A stretch of 57,230 nt of DNA, filler included, from Sphacelaria rigidula (taxonomy: Eukaryota), in NCBI GenBank assembly GCA_964200075.2. It is 7 parts of 7 records of this genome, joined end to end, with 100 filler letters (N's around TTAATTAATTAA, not from the genome) between each part and the next. Parts side by side here need not be neighbours in the genome. Positions count along the whole stretch, not along the records: positions 24,573 to 32,662 come from CAXNAA020012341.1; positions 32,763 to 40,852 come from CAXNAA020012342.1; 5 more parts are not named here. One strand, given 5' to 3'. Position numbers and translations under genes: made by a program. How positions within the stretch are numbered: position 1 is the stretch's first letter; each line of letters opens with the position of its first letter. This document shows, piece after piece, positions 24,585 through 37,234 of the stretch. The notes beneath the pieces were generated by a model. It was not told the DNA's origin. It was given only the letters and a program-made list of their open reading frames with translations, and did no database searches.

Positions 24585-24741
24585 TGTTCGGCGAGTCGCA
24601 TGAAGAGTGAATTGCATCCTGCTAAGATTGTTCGGCCCGAAGCATACTGATTACTTTGCCTATGGATGACAGCCTACAATGAGTTGCTTCATTTTCTGGT
24701 ATTGCTACTTCCAGAAGCACCCACGGGTTGCATACTGCCTC
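24585..24741. repeat. dispersed repeat homologous (inverted) to 56916-57070
   Basis: TCGGCGAGTCGCATGAAGAGTGA...CCTGCTAAGATT.TTCGGCCCGA...TTCTGGTATTGC.ACTTCCAGA is shared. Confidence 0.85.
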
Positions 24742-25528
24742 ATGGATGTCTCACATTCAAACACTACGTAGTACGATCAACCCCTTCGCGCGGAATTGAC
24801 GGTCTCCCACCCCGCACAATGTGATAGAGCTCGACCGCTATCATGGATAACGCGAAAAAACACAAGCGCAAAAAACCCCGGTAACCTGGTTGCCTAGCTT
24901 ACGCAGTGAGCGGCGTGTTTTCCATCGTCGTTGCCAACCGACGCCAACCTCATAGGAAGGGGGAGGGGGGCGTACTCATTTCTTGCTTGCCTTAGTCGTT
25001 TGACTATTGACCACGCATCCCTTTCGAGACAGAGCACTTGGGAGGGGGGAGGGGGGACACACTAGTGACATGCGTCATCGGTTGTGTGGCATAGAAGTGA
25101 AGTCTGGACATGAGTAGCCAAAACATAATTGACGATGTTGCACGTACAATCGAGGTGTATTTTAACATTAATTAGTGTTGGATTCCTGGGTGGTCGACAA
25201 CACTTATATTTTTCCGAAAAAAGCGGGAGGCTACCCATGATTACGTACCGAAGAATTTCGATAATCGACATCGCACCCCTGCGACACCGAAACGGACAAC
25301 TGAGCTAGCGTCCACCGGCTTACGCTGCGTTCGTCACGGATCTATAATACTTGCATTCCACGTCGAACCGGATCTTCCCGCATGCTCTCGGGAGAGGGAA
25401 TAGATTTTCCCCTCAAAGGTAGATCTCCTTTTGCCGCGGCTGCTGCTGCTGCTGCCACGTATTTGATCGATGAGAAACACATACCTGGGAGAGGCGAGTT
25501 GAAAACAACGACACGACCCAGCACCCAC

Positions 25529-25603
25529 CTTCGTGATGTTTTTTTGCAAGTCTTTCGTCAGTCCTAGCAGCATCTGGCGTCGTAGACCCTTCAGCTCGTC
25601 TAC
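25529..25603 (-). CDS. DUF445-type membrane protein, exon (VDELKGLRRQMLLGLTKDLQKNITK)
   Basis: ctccag|...AAG|gtgggt; 75 nt, phase 0-0; no further exon found, so the gene probably continues off the contig. Confidence 0.8.
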
Positions 25604-26591
25604 CTGGAGTATGACGTATGACGACAGGGCACACGGGCACGTAAATCGCGTGGTGGGTGAATTAAGGGTGGCATCATTACCCCGGATGTTGGCACGAAGT
25701 AGCGAGCCTACGAAGCCAGCTATTCGAGCCTGCATGATTTACGGTGTGTCAACTTGCGGGCGAGATCGCGCGCCGGAAATGTTTGTGCCAGTAGTTTGAA
25801 GCAAAAAGCATGAAACATGACAGAAGGCGGATTCCACTGGGATGGGCACCATAGCACTACCTCCCATACTCTCGTCTCCCTCGACTGCTGTTAGCAATGT
25901 CGCACGCAGGGGCAGAAGGATTCGCGCTTTATCACAAACACCCTCACGCCGCGCCCTTTGTCAGTATGGCTAACTTCCAGTCAACCCCATCCGAGGCGAG
26001 TGGAAGTCTGCGCCGATCCGGGAACCAAACCTCGTCAACCGTTTTACTGGCCGGGCCCCTAGTTTGACGTTATACAGACGAGCTTTGGGAGATGGCCGGG
26101 ATTAGTTGGTTGTGATGCGGAGAAAAAAAACTGCACAAAGAGGCCATCACCACGCAGATGAAGGGAGACATGGTTATCCCTGCATATGCAGCGGCCAGGA
26201 GAGCATTTTGCCACCTCAGTACAGCAAACGGCAGCGCCGATCGCGCCATTTGCACACGCGGCCGTGCATGTGAGAAGATGTCAGGACACGCAGCAGAATG
26301 ATGCATGAACACATGAAAAACGTGTGCCCTTCTTCCCTAATCATGGCCGAAGGCACCTGCACGCCCATTAGCGGACTCTTCTCATATCGCAACGCTCGTG
26401 CCAAGCGCCCATGACCTCCCGGCGGACAGAACTCTCGGAACAGGGCATGGGACGTTCAAGTGCTTGAATCAGGCGATGGTGACAGCTCACACTGACCAGT
26501 CCAGAATGTAGCACTTGATCCTACCGGCGCAAAAACACTTGCGCCCAGCTCTACGCCACGCGCTCCGAGTATGAGAAATTAATGAGCGATG

Positions 26592-26879
26592 AGTGATGCT
26601 ACGATTGAGCGGGGAGGGGGGGAGGGGTATTTTGGGCTATTTCTCCCACGAAATTCCACCTCACATTGTAGTTGAAAATAGCACTGCTTGTTCGAACGCG
26701 CTTGCCACCAACAAGGCACACTCTTTCGTACCACTTGACACCGTTTTCACCCAGATACAAGCGATACAAACGCACCGCGACTACTTAGGTCGTCTGACAC
26801 ATCTGTGAGTCCCTGTGCTTCGTGGAGTCGAACACCCCCTCCAACCCCCACTCCCCACCCCCGGTATCGTAGCATCACT
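26592..26879. mobile_element. intronic MITE-like element
   Basis: AGTGATGCTACGAT / ATCGTAGCATCACT perfect 14-bp inverted repeat with G-rich and C-rich inner flanks. Confidence 0.55.
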
Positions 26880-26895
26880 GCAATAAGTATCTCAC

Positions 26896-27042
26896 CGCCT
26901 GGGGTCGGAGGCCAGCAGCAAATCCCCCAGGTAACCACGTCATCTGTCCCGGCAGGAGGTCGTCACAAACATTCTGCGTTATTGTGTTTATCTCCGGGCC
27001 CAAGAGCCGAGCCACCCGGCGAGGGGAAAGTCGACTGAACAC
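26896..27042 (-). CDS. DUF445-type protein, exon (VFSRLSPRRVARLLGPEI...LRPQA)
   Basis: caacag|GTG TTC...GCG|gtgaga; 147 nt, phase 0-0. Confidence 0.85.
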
Positions 27043-27317
27043 CTGTTGCAGATAAAATCAACACATGGGTATCGTCAAGGCCTTTTCGTTGCCCTTTTTC
27101 TTCTTCCTTGCCCGTTACACTTCTTCAATCCCTCCTCTTCCTCGGGACGAGTCCGTGATCTCGAGGGATCAACCCATCTTTCCCCCGGTACATGCCCTAC
27201 ATTTTGACATCGTGGATAGAATCAGCACTCTCGAATCAAGGCCGACATTTGTCGAATTTTCTTCTTTCGCCGTTCACACGTTCACGTTTTCTACGACGGG
27301 AATCAGATACTTCCGAG

Positions 27318-27410
27318 AAAAAAAAAAAAGACGTGTCCGCTGGGATTCGAATCCTCGAGTCCGCCCTGACCGGTTTAGAGATGTACCATTTTAATTTTCA
27401 TCACCGGGGC
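27318..27410 (-). mobile_element. tRNA-derived SINE-like head
   Basis: B-box-like GGATTCGAATCCC followed by a T run on the minus strand; no intact cloverleaf. Confidence 0.5.
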
Positions 27411-27727
27411 GCAGCGGTGCTACAAAGGGCAAAACTGAAAACCGAAACAACTGACATGGTAGTACTAGTTCTGCACTTGGCACGAGAATCAATACATTTA
27501 GAAAGCTACGAAGCGCTGCACGTGACTGGCTCAATTCGAATCTTCCGACCAAAAGACAAAACGGCCAACCATTGTGGTCCCCTCAGTACTGAGCATTGCA
27601 CGCGCTTTTACATGTGATATGTCAATAATATCATTGATTTTTTTTCATCATGTATGTTCAAGAGCGCGTTTCATTCGTGTATGCATGGCTTACATATACT
27701 CTACACATGGCCGAGGCCAAACCGCAC

Positions 27728-27901
27728 CTTCTCTACGTCAACGAGTTGCGTTGTGACCATATCTACCATTCGCTCCGCCATCACCCCAGCCTTCGCCGGT
27801 ACGATGCCTTGCCAGCCGATCAGACCCAGCGGCTGCCCCTCCACCACCCGCAGCGGAATCCCGCGCCACACCAGCGGGTGGAATATCATCTCCACTGCCA
27901 A
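27728..27901 (-). CDS. DUF445-type protein, conserved exon (LAVEMIFHPL...LGLIGWQGIVPAKAGVMAERMVDMVTTQLVDVEK)
   Basis: ctgcag|TTG...AAG|gtgcgg; 174 nt; the GWITNK-LA..MIF.P...GWQGIVP.KA..MA motif is typical of DUF445/UPF0754 (YheB-like) proteins. Confidence 0.9.
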
Positions 27902-28418
27902 CTGCAGAACGAGATGATAGCGGGTTATACCAACACAGACGTCACGCTTTATACTACGGCGTATCGACCGAATGCTGATACCACTCGTGTTCGCAGGGGA
28001 GGGGAACATCTCCACCACAGAATTTCAACACCACTGGCATACATGCATACATACATACAAGTGCATTTTTGCGCAAAGTTAGTCTTTCAACAGTGACATG
28101 ATCCAGAAAACAGCAACATCTATACATTCGTGTTGTGTGCACTCTCTGCCGCAATCCCCCTTAATTTGGCCAATCCAAACAATCGTTGTCTTCGCCATGT
28201 GTGCGGTCTGCACGCACTTCTCCTTCTCATCGATTGCCATCTCCCAAGATCGGGTGGTATATACGTCTCAAACTCAGAAGTGAATCGCCCATGGAAAGCG
28301 AACACAAAAGAAGGCAGCGAAGCAAGTCAGCAGTTTTCCCAGTCGGCTAGGGCCAAGCGGCAACTGTAGACGGTAGCCCGCCAGCTGTTGTCGCTCGTTG
28401 TCACCAGGACTCACTCGC

Positions 28419-28512
28419 CTTGTTCGTGATCCAGCCAACACAGGCCGCCGAGATAGGAATCGTGAGAATCTGCAGTGGCTCCTTCTTGATCTTCGCCAGC
28501 GCGTGGTGCCAC
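28419..28512 (-). CDS. DUF445-type protein, exon (WHHALAKIKKEPLQILTIPISAACVGWITNK), GC donor
   Basis: cctcag|G TGG...AAC AAG|gcgagt; 94 nt, phase 2-0. Confidence 0.85.
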
Positions 28513-29509
28513 CTGAGGAGAAGAATGTTGCAATTGAATTGACACTTGACACTTGACTGCACACTCAAATATAGGAAGGAAATTGAACGAGCATCTTACA
28601 GCAACAGCTGACGAAGCGCTGCTCAAACCTTTTCTTGTGCCGTCGTGAAGGCCTCGAGGCCGGATGCTTTTTACTGGGGTGGGATTCTTGCCGGTAAGCC
28701 CTTTTGACAACTCGACCGGCCGGCTAAACAATCAGAACACTATCAAAGCGCTCTGCATCGCGTTCTCGTGTCACACTTCCCTCCGAACCGAGGCCTTCAC
28801 TCAGGAGTTGAATATGTGATGAAATATGACACTACATGCAAATTGATCCCTCTTTTCTCGGTCGATGAATCCGTTCGGCAAAAAACAGAACATTCGCCGC
28901 TGCTTCCTCTCTTGAAAAGGGTCACAAAGCTGTACTTTGAAAATACCTCAACGAAACGTGCTCGTACGCCCCCCGTAACAAAAGGGAAACGCGATTAATA
29001 TATCACGGTTTTTCAAGACCCAATAGAGTAGAGGCGCGCGTCACCAAGGACCACCCAATGTTTTTATCCGACAGAAGGACTCCTTTTTCGGCGTGGGTTC
29101 GTCATATCGGTAGGATAGGCGGTTCTTCGCTCCCCTCCCATGGACGCGAGAAGAGATCTCGCTCTCTACTACAAAAGTGGTAAAATGATCAAACGACTTC
29201 AACCCCTCGACCGCGGGGGTGGGTCATCGGGGTCTTGCTTTTAATCTTCAGGTGAAGAAAATCATGTCGAGTCAAGAGATGACCCACCCTGGACGTCGGA
29301 GGGTTGAGTGCCCACTGTGCTGCTCGGGCATATCATTGCGCAACCGTATCTGTGATGGAAACGCTTACACGATGAGGTATACGCAAACACCAGACAATTA
29401 GGGACGTGCACATGGAAATGCTCATGCACACATGAACAAAACGCATGCACAAGTTCATCCGCATCACGCCGCCACCACCTCGTACCCAATATGAACTCCT
29501 CGCGCTCAC

Positions 29510-29903
29510 CTCTTCCTGACCCAGCCCTGCTCGTCGCTCGCGTTTGCATCTTCCCCATCGCCGTCCGCCTCAAGAGCGGCAGCAGCACGACCCCCCACAA
29601 CGTCCTCTACACCTCCGTCATGACTACCTGACCCAGTCGCCCCCAATCGACCACCACAAAGCTGCGCTTTTTGTATTGTTTGCCCTGCCGCTGAGCTTCT
29701 CGCGAAAGCTCCGTTGTTGGACGGCCGTCTTCCCTGCTTGCTATTGCCGATCCCTGTCGCCGCGTCTGTGGATGATGCCATCCCCGCTAAGCAAAACGCC
29801 TTCCGACGTCGTGAGCTCCACGGTGCGGGGCCCGCGATGCCGTGGCATGGGGCGAGATAGCTATTGAGACGTCGTTTTCGCGACGAATGGCATGCTCGTT
29901 GTT
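29510..29903 (-). CDS. DUF445-type protein, N-terminal low-complexity exon (5' end unresolved)
   Basis: Open frame ending GWVRK-AG|gtgagc (phase 2, matching the next exon); R/S-rich N-terminal part; acceptor cccag at 29904-29906, or start at ATG 29781. Confidence 0.7.
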
Positions 29904-31197
29904 CTGGGTGAAGAAAACGTGGAAGGGCCTAATGCATATCAGGCGGTGTACATCGGGGGGGGAGGGGGGCGGGCGGGGGGATATTAATAATGTTGCGCGG
30001 TTGCTTTTGTCGAGGTTCACATTTGTTGTCCGCTCTTGGAAACAACAGTATGCTCTATTTCTTTGAAACATTGAGATGGATACTTGGAGCCGCAACGCAA
30101 CCAAGTACAACAGCAGAGTCGGACACGCCTGCGCACTCTCCACGTACCCAGCGCTCGTTGAAAACGTCGGACAGATCATGATTTACCTAAAATCGCTTAT
30201 CAAGGAGGAACTCTCAGATCCGTCGATAAAAAAACACGAATCATGTGACAGCGGAGTCAGAAAAGCCAAAGCGCGACCTTTGCGCTGTTCGGCGTGCTCG
30301 GCGTCCGGCGCTGCGGGGAGCAAACATGGAAAAAGTGGGCCAAGTGATTTGGATCATGATTCGGATCCGTAGACCGAGAGGAAGTAATTTTCAGACGGGT
30401 CATGATTTGTCCGACTTATGAAAAGTTGACACATTTCCTCGACTGGAATACGAAGGGACTCGCGTCGAAAGGATCAGAGATTCGTACGATCCGTGCGTGG
30501 TGCTCGGGTCAGTCGCGCACGGTACGTTTTGACGATTCGTACCGCAAGATCCACAGGTGGAAACTTTGAAGTGAACGATTAGGAACGGCACGAGTGGCGG
30601 GCGAGAAACTTGTATGAATCAGATGTGGAACGCCCATACAAGATGATTCGTGGAAGGATTTGTGAAAAGGTACTCGTGCGGCACGAAATCCGGGTGAACG
30701 AAAATGTACGTGCGATTCATGCCGTACGAACGGTGGGTCGGGGAAGAAGTACGATAGATTCGTGTCGAGAGGGTGACGGGTAAACAGAATGGACGCATGG
30801 ACCATGCTGGGCGCATCCACTAAATAAGTACATCCACTCACAACTGACAACACTTCAACCCTTTGTGCCAACTGTACGGGAAGAATCCATGCGCAGCCAA
30901 GCGATCCGCGTGTTGGCGAAGTAAAACACTCGCGTTTTGCGATCAATCATGACAAAATCAACGGCATACGAAGATATCCGCTGGGGAATGTCGACGAGAA
31001 ATCTTGCCGTCTGTCAGTCTGAATTCCGCGGCTGTGAAATTCCGATTGCCACATTTATAGCAACAACATCAAACCGGGGACGACGTTGCGCCGACCTGAG
31101 AATTCAGCCGAGGAACCCGTTCGTTCCTCGGTGCTCTTTTCGTGCACCGACGTATCACGCAAAAAAAACGTACTGCGGGAAAGTTATGCCACTTCTC

Positions 31198-31395
31198 GAC
31201 ACTTTCTACGAAATGCCGAGCACAACGAGCAGCTGGAAATCCCAACGCTTGGGTTCGTTTTCGCTTATGTCGCCCATATGAGACGCTTCATGCAGCCTGA
31301 AGCCAAACATCAGGCGCTGTAGCTGTATGGCCATTTCCTTCGCGACAGTCTTGGGCTGTTTTTCTTTTGGTAGGGGGGCTATCGTAGAAAGTGTC
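31198..31395. mobile_element. MITE with GACACTTTCTACGA TIRs (copy 2, internally shorter)
   Basis: TIRs, plus inverted homology to 11053-11314. Confidence 0.8.
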
Positions 31396-32662
31396 TCCTA
31401 CCTATTAAAAAAGCGCAGATTCTTGCTATTATTCTACACATGCTTATACAAATTCATTGCGCTCATCTCTGCCGCGCACTCGAAGCTACGCCTGCCATAC
31501 CGACGGCGGTCTGACCACGGTATGAGAACGAAACTCACGTACTCGTAATTGTTTTGCGGCTGCCGGGTACACCCACTGTCGCCACGAGACCGACAGGGAG
31601 CTGAGCCATTGAGGACTACGGAGGTGATGTTGTATTGGACGTACGTGATATATGCAGACAAAAACGGCGCTTTTCTGCAGAGAAGGGAGAAACACCGAGA
31701 TATCGCCTTAGAAAACGCAAACGTTTAGGCTGCTCTCGATCATCTATGATCATGGCGCTTCGGCTACAAGCTCAATTGTACGCGAAAACTCCAATTGCCC
31801 AAGCGGGAACTCGTTATGTCGAGAGTTGGGTGAGCGGGCCGCATATAGATCCTTCGCGTTCGCGTGGACATTTTGTCCATGGAGGAGGTCGTCGGTGAGA
31901 TAACTGGCGAACCAGAGAGCATGCTTGCAGCTTCCACCACCATTACCATCACTAGCGTTTATTTGACTAAGGCACCTATACCCCTTGCGATGAGAATCGT
32001 GAGTACTGGTGCAAGAAGGAGCACGGTTAGTAATAAAACTTCTGACATCGCACAGGAACAGTGCATTTCGATGCTCGGGGGAACATGGTAGGCCTGTTCG
32101 GCTTGCGTACGTTTGGAATCCACAACAAACCCTACCCTTTTTTTTCTCTCGGGGACAGGGGGGCGTACTCATTTGTTGCTTGTCTTGGTCGTTTGACCAT
32201 TGACCACGCATCCCTAGGGGGGGGGGGGGCGGCGTACTCATGCATCCCTAAGGGGGGGGGGGGGGGGCTGGTTTTGGTTTTTTATGTAAGTCAAAGCNNN
32301 NNNNNNGGGGCCGTGGGGGAGGGGGGGCGGGGGGGGGGGGGGGGCGGGGTACGGTTGCTGCCCTAAGGGGTGGGGTGGTGTGTTGGTTTTGGTTTTTTAT
32401 GTAAGTCAAAGCTCCCCCCTTCGAAAACACAACACACAAGCAGTACCGCAGTCGTAGAGGATATAATGGTTTTTGCTTGACTGTCGCAAATTGACTGCTG
32501 CCCGAGAAATCCAGTCGTCGTCGTTGTCGTAAACAGACGTACCCAAGGTAAAAAAGACAGAAACATTCGCTAGAGAAAACTTGAGAAGGGAAGGGAAGGG
32601 AAGGAGGGGGGGGGGGGGGGGGACTCATTGGTTGCTTGCCTTGGTCATTGGACCCATGACCC

Positions 32663-32762
32663 NNNNNNNNNNNNNNNNNNNNNNNNNNNNNNNNNNNNNN
32701 NNNNNNTTAATTAATTAANNNNNNNNNNNNNNNNNNNNNNNNNNNNNNNNNNNNNNNNNNNN
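32663..32762. other. artificial contig spacer
   Basis: 44N+TTAATTAATTAA+44N. Confidence 0.99.
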
Positions 32763-34184
32763 CAGGGAAAGCACGGCTTTTGAGTTGAACCTCATTTTTG
32801 TTTTCAACCCCATTTTCGAAAATCGGCTGTTAAACGCAAAAAAGTACTTGAATAGAAGTCAAGACTTCAAATCCAGACTGAACTCGTCCCCAAAACGCAC
32901 AAAAAGAAAACGGGTCATGAGTCTGAACCGAAAATAAATATTGATTTTAAGAATAGTAATCACGAAGTTGCGATACCTGAAAAACTTCTCGTTCTGCAAC
33001 GGTTTTGTGGGAAAATCAACATGTTGCAAGGCCGACTCCACATGAACCACCCTGAATTACCTGTTCGCCACCCGTTTGCGAAGGAAGTGGTAGCGAATGC
33101 CGGTATGCTTGGAGTTTGGTGTGGTGGTCGGGTTAGTTGCCAAGTATAACCCTAACCACAACATCCTACGTTGAAAACAAAAATCCCGAACGATGATTCA
33201 TCAGGAAGGAAAGCTCATCGAAGCCCCCTCCTCCCTTTCCCGCAGTGAACAAGCGAACCATATGTCGTGCCTACATCGCAGTAGCCACTTCATTCAACAG
33301 ATACTTGAAAAAAAATCACAAGGAACAAGAATATGTCGACACCTCAAAACAGTGGTCTGCAGCACGGTACTGTTGTACGGTCCCGGTGTTCTCCAAATGA
33401 TCGTCAACAACAAAACAAATATGAGCGATTACTTCCTACGCTCAACGTAGCCATCCCGGAGGAAAACAAAGAAAATAAGAGAAAAAGTGTCAAACATATC
33501 TGTCATGCATAGCTCAGTGTCAACACATTACATCCATCGCACAGCAACCTATTGTTGAGACAGTAAAGGCACACGCCATCCAACTACCGCCAATATTGCG
33601 TAAAGTTGTCGTTAGCAGAGGTTAATTATGTCTCTGTTTTCTATCACAACTCAAATACCAAATTGTCTGATTGGACGACCTATCCATTCGTGCAAAAACG
33701 CAAACAAAATACAAAGTGCACATCATCAATCACACTTCAATTGCTGGTGTATAGAGCAGATTTCAACACATGAGCGGTATAAAAAAACAAAGCAAAAAGA
33801 AGATTCAAACACTCCAAAACAAATCTCTACCGATCATCATCACGTGCCTGATACGGTCCGAAAGTCCTTCGCCCCAACTGCTGTTGCTGTTGTTGCACCC
33901 GCTGTCCCCCCAAAATATTCCCCCTTCCCCGGCATGAAGCCCGTAGCCTTCCATGCTGAATCGCCGGGTTATTTGCCCCGATAGAACGGATGTGTGACAC
34001 CAAGAATATCTACACCGCGTCCCATGCCCCGCGGAGACCGCTTCCTTCCGTACATATGGTACGTGGAAATGCGTTGCCATACCTCCTCGTTGTCCTTCTT
34101 CGAGTCGATGTGGGTGTCACTACTGCTGCTGTTGTAGGTGCTATCCGCATCGACCGTGTAGGTCTTGTCAGCGTAGCTGCTGCT

Positions 34185-34215
<31 letters not shown>

Positions 34216-34549
34216 TCTTCCCGTACGATCTCCTCGCACACGCGTGGCCTTGCAAAGATCAGCACTCATAAAAGAAGCGCTAAGCCTAACGCGTGTAGTA
34301 TCTTTCCTTGATCCATATAGCCGCTACTGCTGTTGCGGTAGCTGCTGTCCTCACCGCCCAATTTTCCGTCCAAAACCGGCAATGGTCCCCCTTCAACAAA
34401 CTCCTCCGACGCAAACTCCGCCTCGAACACCTTCAGTAACTTTCCTGAAGCCAACTCCTCCAGCGCAAGCGAGCTGCCGATGTTCTCTGTCTCTAGGTCC
34501 AGCTCGACTGGTTGCTCTTCCACAGGGATGGCGGCCGCTGGTTGCTTCG

Positions 34550-34603
34550 CTGCGTACACTGCTTTGGCTGCCAAACGTGAGACGTGCATGCTTCGCTGCG
34601 TAC

Positions 34604-34648
<45 letters not shown>

Positions 34649-34950
34649 ACTTGTTCCGCTCGCTCCAAACGTGAGACGTGTTCCACCCGCGCACGTCTTG
34701 CTTCATGCACTGCTGAAGCTGCTGCTGCTGCCGCTGCTGCTTGTTCCACTCGCTCCAAACGTGAGACTCTTCCCACACGCGCAGCTTCTTCCGCATGGTG
34801 TGCAGCTGCGATGGCCGCTGCCTGTTTTCGCGACTTGACGCTTCAGAGCGACTGGTTGCTGTTCCGCAGGCGTGGCGGCCGCTGGTCGCTTCGCTGCGTA
34901 CGCTGGTGTACTTGCTGCTGTCGCTGCTGCTCGCTCCAAACGTGAGACGT
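34550..34950. repeat. tandem repeats (CCAAACGTGAGAC anchor x4) with (GCT)n tracts
   Basis: Anchors at ~34571, 34665, 34755 and 34936. Confidence 0.85.
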
Positions 34951-35638
34951 GATCCGTCCGCGGACGCTTTGCTTCGTACACTGCTCGCTCCAGCTGTTTC
35001 GGTAGATGATGCACAAGTGCCGGCGATGCCCAAACTGGCCACAACCATCGCATTGGATGTGTTCCTGCTGTCTCCTCGTAAAGGACCGTGCAGCCTCCCT
35101 CTCCAGCTGGTTGTGGTGGACGATGATGACTGCCGGCGATGTCCATACTGGCCACAACATTCGCAGTTTCCCTCGTACTTCCTGTGTGTGGCACAAATCT
35201 TGCCCAGATGCCCGAATCTTCCGCATCTCTTACACTGAGGTATTTCTTCCATCGGCGATTTGGGTGAATGCTCAATTTTAGGTTGATACCATCCCGTGGC
35301 GTTGAAGCTACAGTCGTATGGTCCCCCGATCCCCGATTTGGGCGATGACTGGTGTGATTGACGCAGATGGTATAGTTGTTGCTGTTGCTGCTGTGGGTAG
35401 GCTATTCGCCGTTAAAGTCGTTGCTGCTGATGTTGTTGCTGCATATTGTTGATATAAAAACGGCTGAAGTAAAAACCTTTGTCCCCTGAAATAGACTGAC
35501 TCACACAACTCTTCTTTTTTCATCCGCCGCTGTCGTCCTCGGGCTATCGTTCCCTCTTCCACGATCACACATACACACTCCACGCTCGACACTTCTTCTG
35601 CTACCTCTGGGCTAACTTTCTCTTACCCTATATATCCC

Positions 35639-35671
35639 TCTTCTTCTTCTTCTTCTTCTTCTTCTTCTTCT
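35639..35671. repeat. (CTT)n microsatellite
   Basis: Direct inspection. Confidence 0.95.
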
Positions 35672-37234
35672 TTTCTCTCTTCCAATCACCCTCTTACACT
35701 CGTTTTCCCTCTTCTGCTTCTGCCACTTCTCGGCTCATACCCACACGCACGCCCCGCCCCGGCTGCCATGTCGATTTGTCTCCTGGAGCTCTGCAGAGCT
35801 TGTCGACAGTTAACTAATTGTGTTTGTAGAACCAGGTGCGTGAAATAAGTTAACACGCCAGACAGCACTAATGCGCCGGGGTATATAAATGTGTGTATCA
35901 GATTGACTCAATTCCTCGTATTAACTCATGAGGAGAGCTCCAGACAGGAGGGTCACTCACGGCGAGTGATCCAGGGGGGCACAAGCATTGACTGTGCTTC
36001 CCGGTTCCTGTAAGAATCTTCCATACAATCCCCTGGCTGCTACCCGTAGATCATTATCTCGTGCCGGGTGCGCCAAACATGTCTATTTCGAACTTCAAAA
36101 TTACTAGTCGTTCATTGCCACAGCCGAATAAACGCCTTTTTCGAGTAAATACGGTCAATACCACCCCTCGCCGAAAAAAAGGGGTTCTAGGAGCCGATTC
36201 TAAATTTTGGGGTTGAACACTAGAATGGGGCTCAAAATCGATTCGAAAAACCGAGAACTCACGCCAAAGAGTATCACAACGGGAAAGAATTTTCGCAAGT
36301 AGAGGGTTTCTGTTGCAGTTACGCCGGTGTGGTTAGGTGCACCAAATGAATATGGTGTACACGCGTGTCGATGACGACATCGCCAGAGGAGCAACGGCGG
36401 AGAGGAAGCTCCTCGCCGGTAGTCCTTTGTGTGTCCTCGTCCGGCGATTCCCAATCGCTGCAGAGATTGGCATTATTATGTCACAGTACCAGCACATACG
36501 CAGGTTGCGATGTGTGGGCAGGCGGGTTATTGTAGCACAGCCGCGGAAACAAGATCGCGGGATGCCCCGGTTATCGTCTCCTGTATGTGGCGCTGACCAA
36601 TGCAAAGGTCGATTTCTCTCTGCCTCTCTGCTTGGACAAGAAGTACCTTTGTGCGCAGTAGAACACGTCGTCGAAAAGCAGGGTGATGTTCCCGTCACCG
36701 CTACTGTTCTCTCGCACACACATGCCAGCAAGGGTGGCTGCGCCCTTACGGCAAGATCTAATAATCGAAAGCTGGAGGGTGTTATTGCAGTTGTTGAGTT
36801 CACCCGACGTCTGCGAAACAAGGACAACATATAGTCTCCCACATCCCAGTTGGGGGGATGGATTTATGAGAGATCAAATCCTCGTGTCGACCTTCTTAGT
36901 ATGCGGAGTGAAGAAAGATACCTGGTGCGGGTGACTCAACTCTTGCTGGCATGACCGAAATGGGGGCTGGGATCCTGTAATTGAGCTTTTCTGCCATCAA
37001 CCGGTCGCATGCATGGTGTGTGTGTCGGAGGGGTGTCTGTCGCAAGAAATTGTTATGTTAGGAGAGTCATCCTAGGCTGGGGCGAAATATAGTTAGGAAC
37101 AGGGGTGTCCTATGATTAGCCACCTGCCATTGTATTCCTGGCCCGCGCCGATAAGCGCTGACCAGGAAGGTCTTGCCTGAGAACAGCTTTCAAGCAACGG
37201 CAGTAGTAGGCAGCCGGTTCAGTGTGGAATATTA

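Larger units (their letters stand above)
33800..35946 (-). mobile_element. decayed LTR-retroelement 5' region with gag-type CCHC zinc knuckles
   Basis: CKRCGRFGHLGKIC, CECCGQYGHRRQS and CDGCGQFGHRRHLC (35010-35240); PBS-like GGGTATGAGCCGAG (~35730-35743); LTR-like TATA-containing segment 35777-35946 with TGTCT..GAGCTC inverted ends; no RT or integrase recognised. Confidence 0.65.

Noticed and set aside
27330..27410. tRNA gene
   Set aside because: Only a B-box/T-arm-like motif is present, with no acceptor or anticodon stems; treated as SINE-like.
32220..32420. Local duplication with poly-G around a short N run
   Set aside because: Looks like low-quality read ends on either side of a small gap.
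34244..34945. 233-aa poly-Ala ORF on the plus strand
   Set aside because: Antisense of the gag-like repeat region, kept open by GCT repeats.
34550..34950. CRISPR-like repeat-spacer array
   Set aside because: Irregular spacing, spacers are related GCT-rich sequence, eukaryotic TE context, no cas genes.
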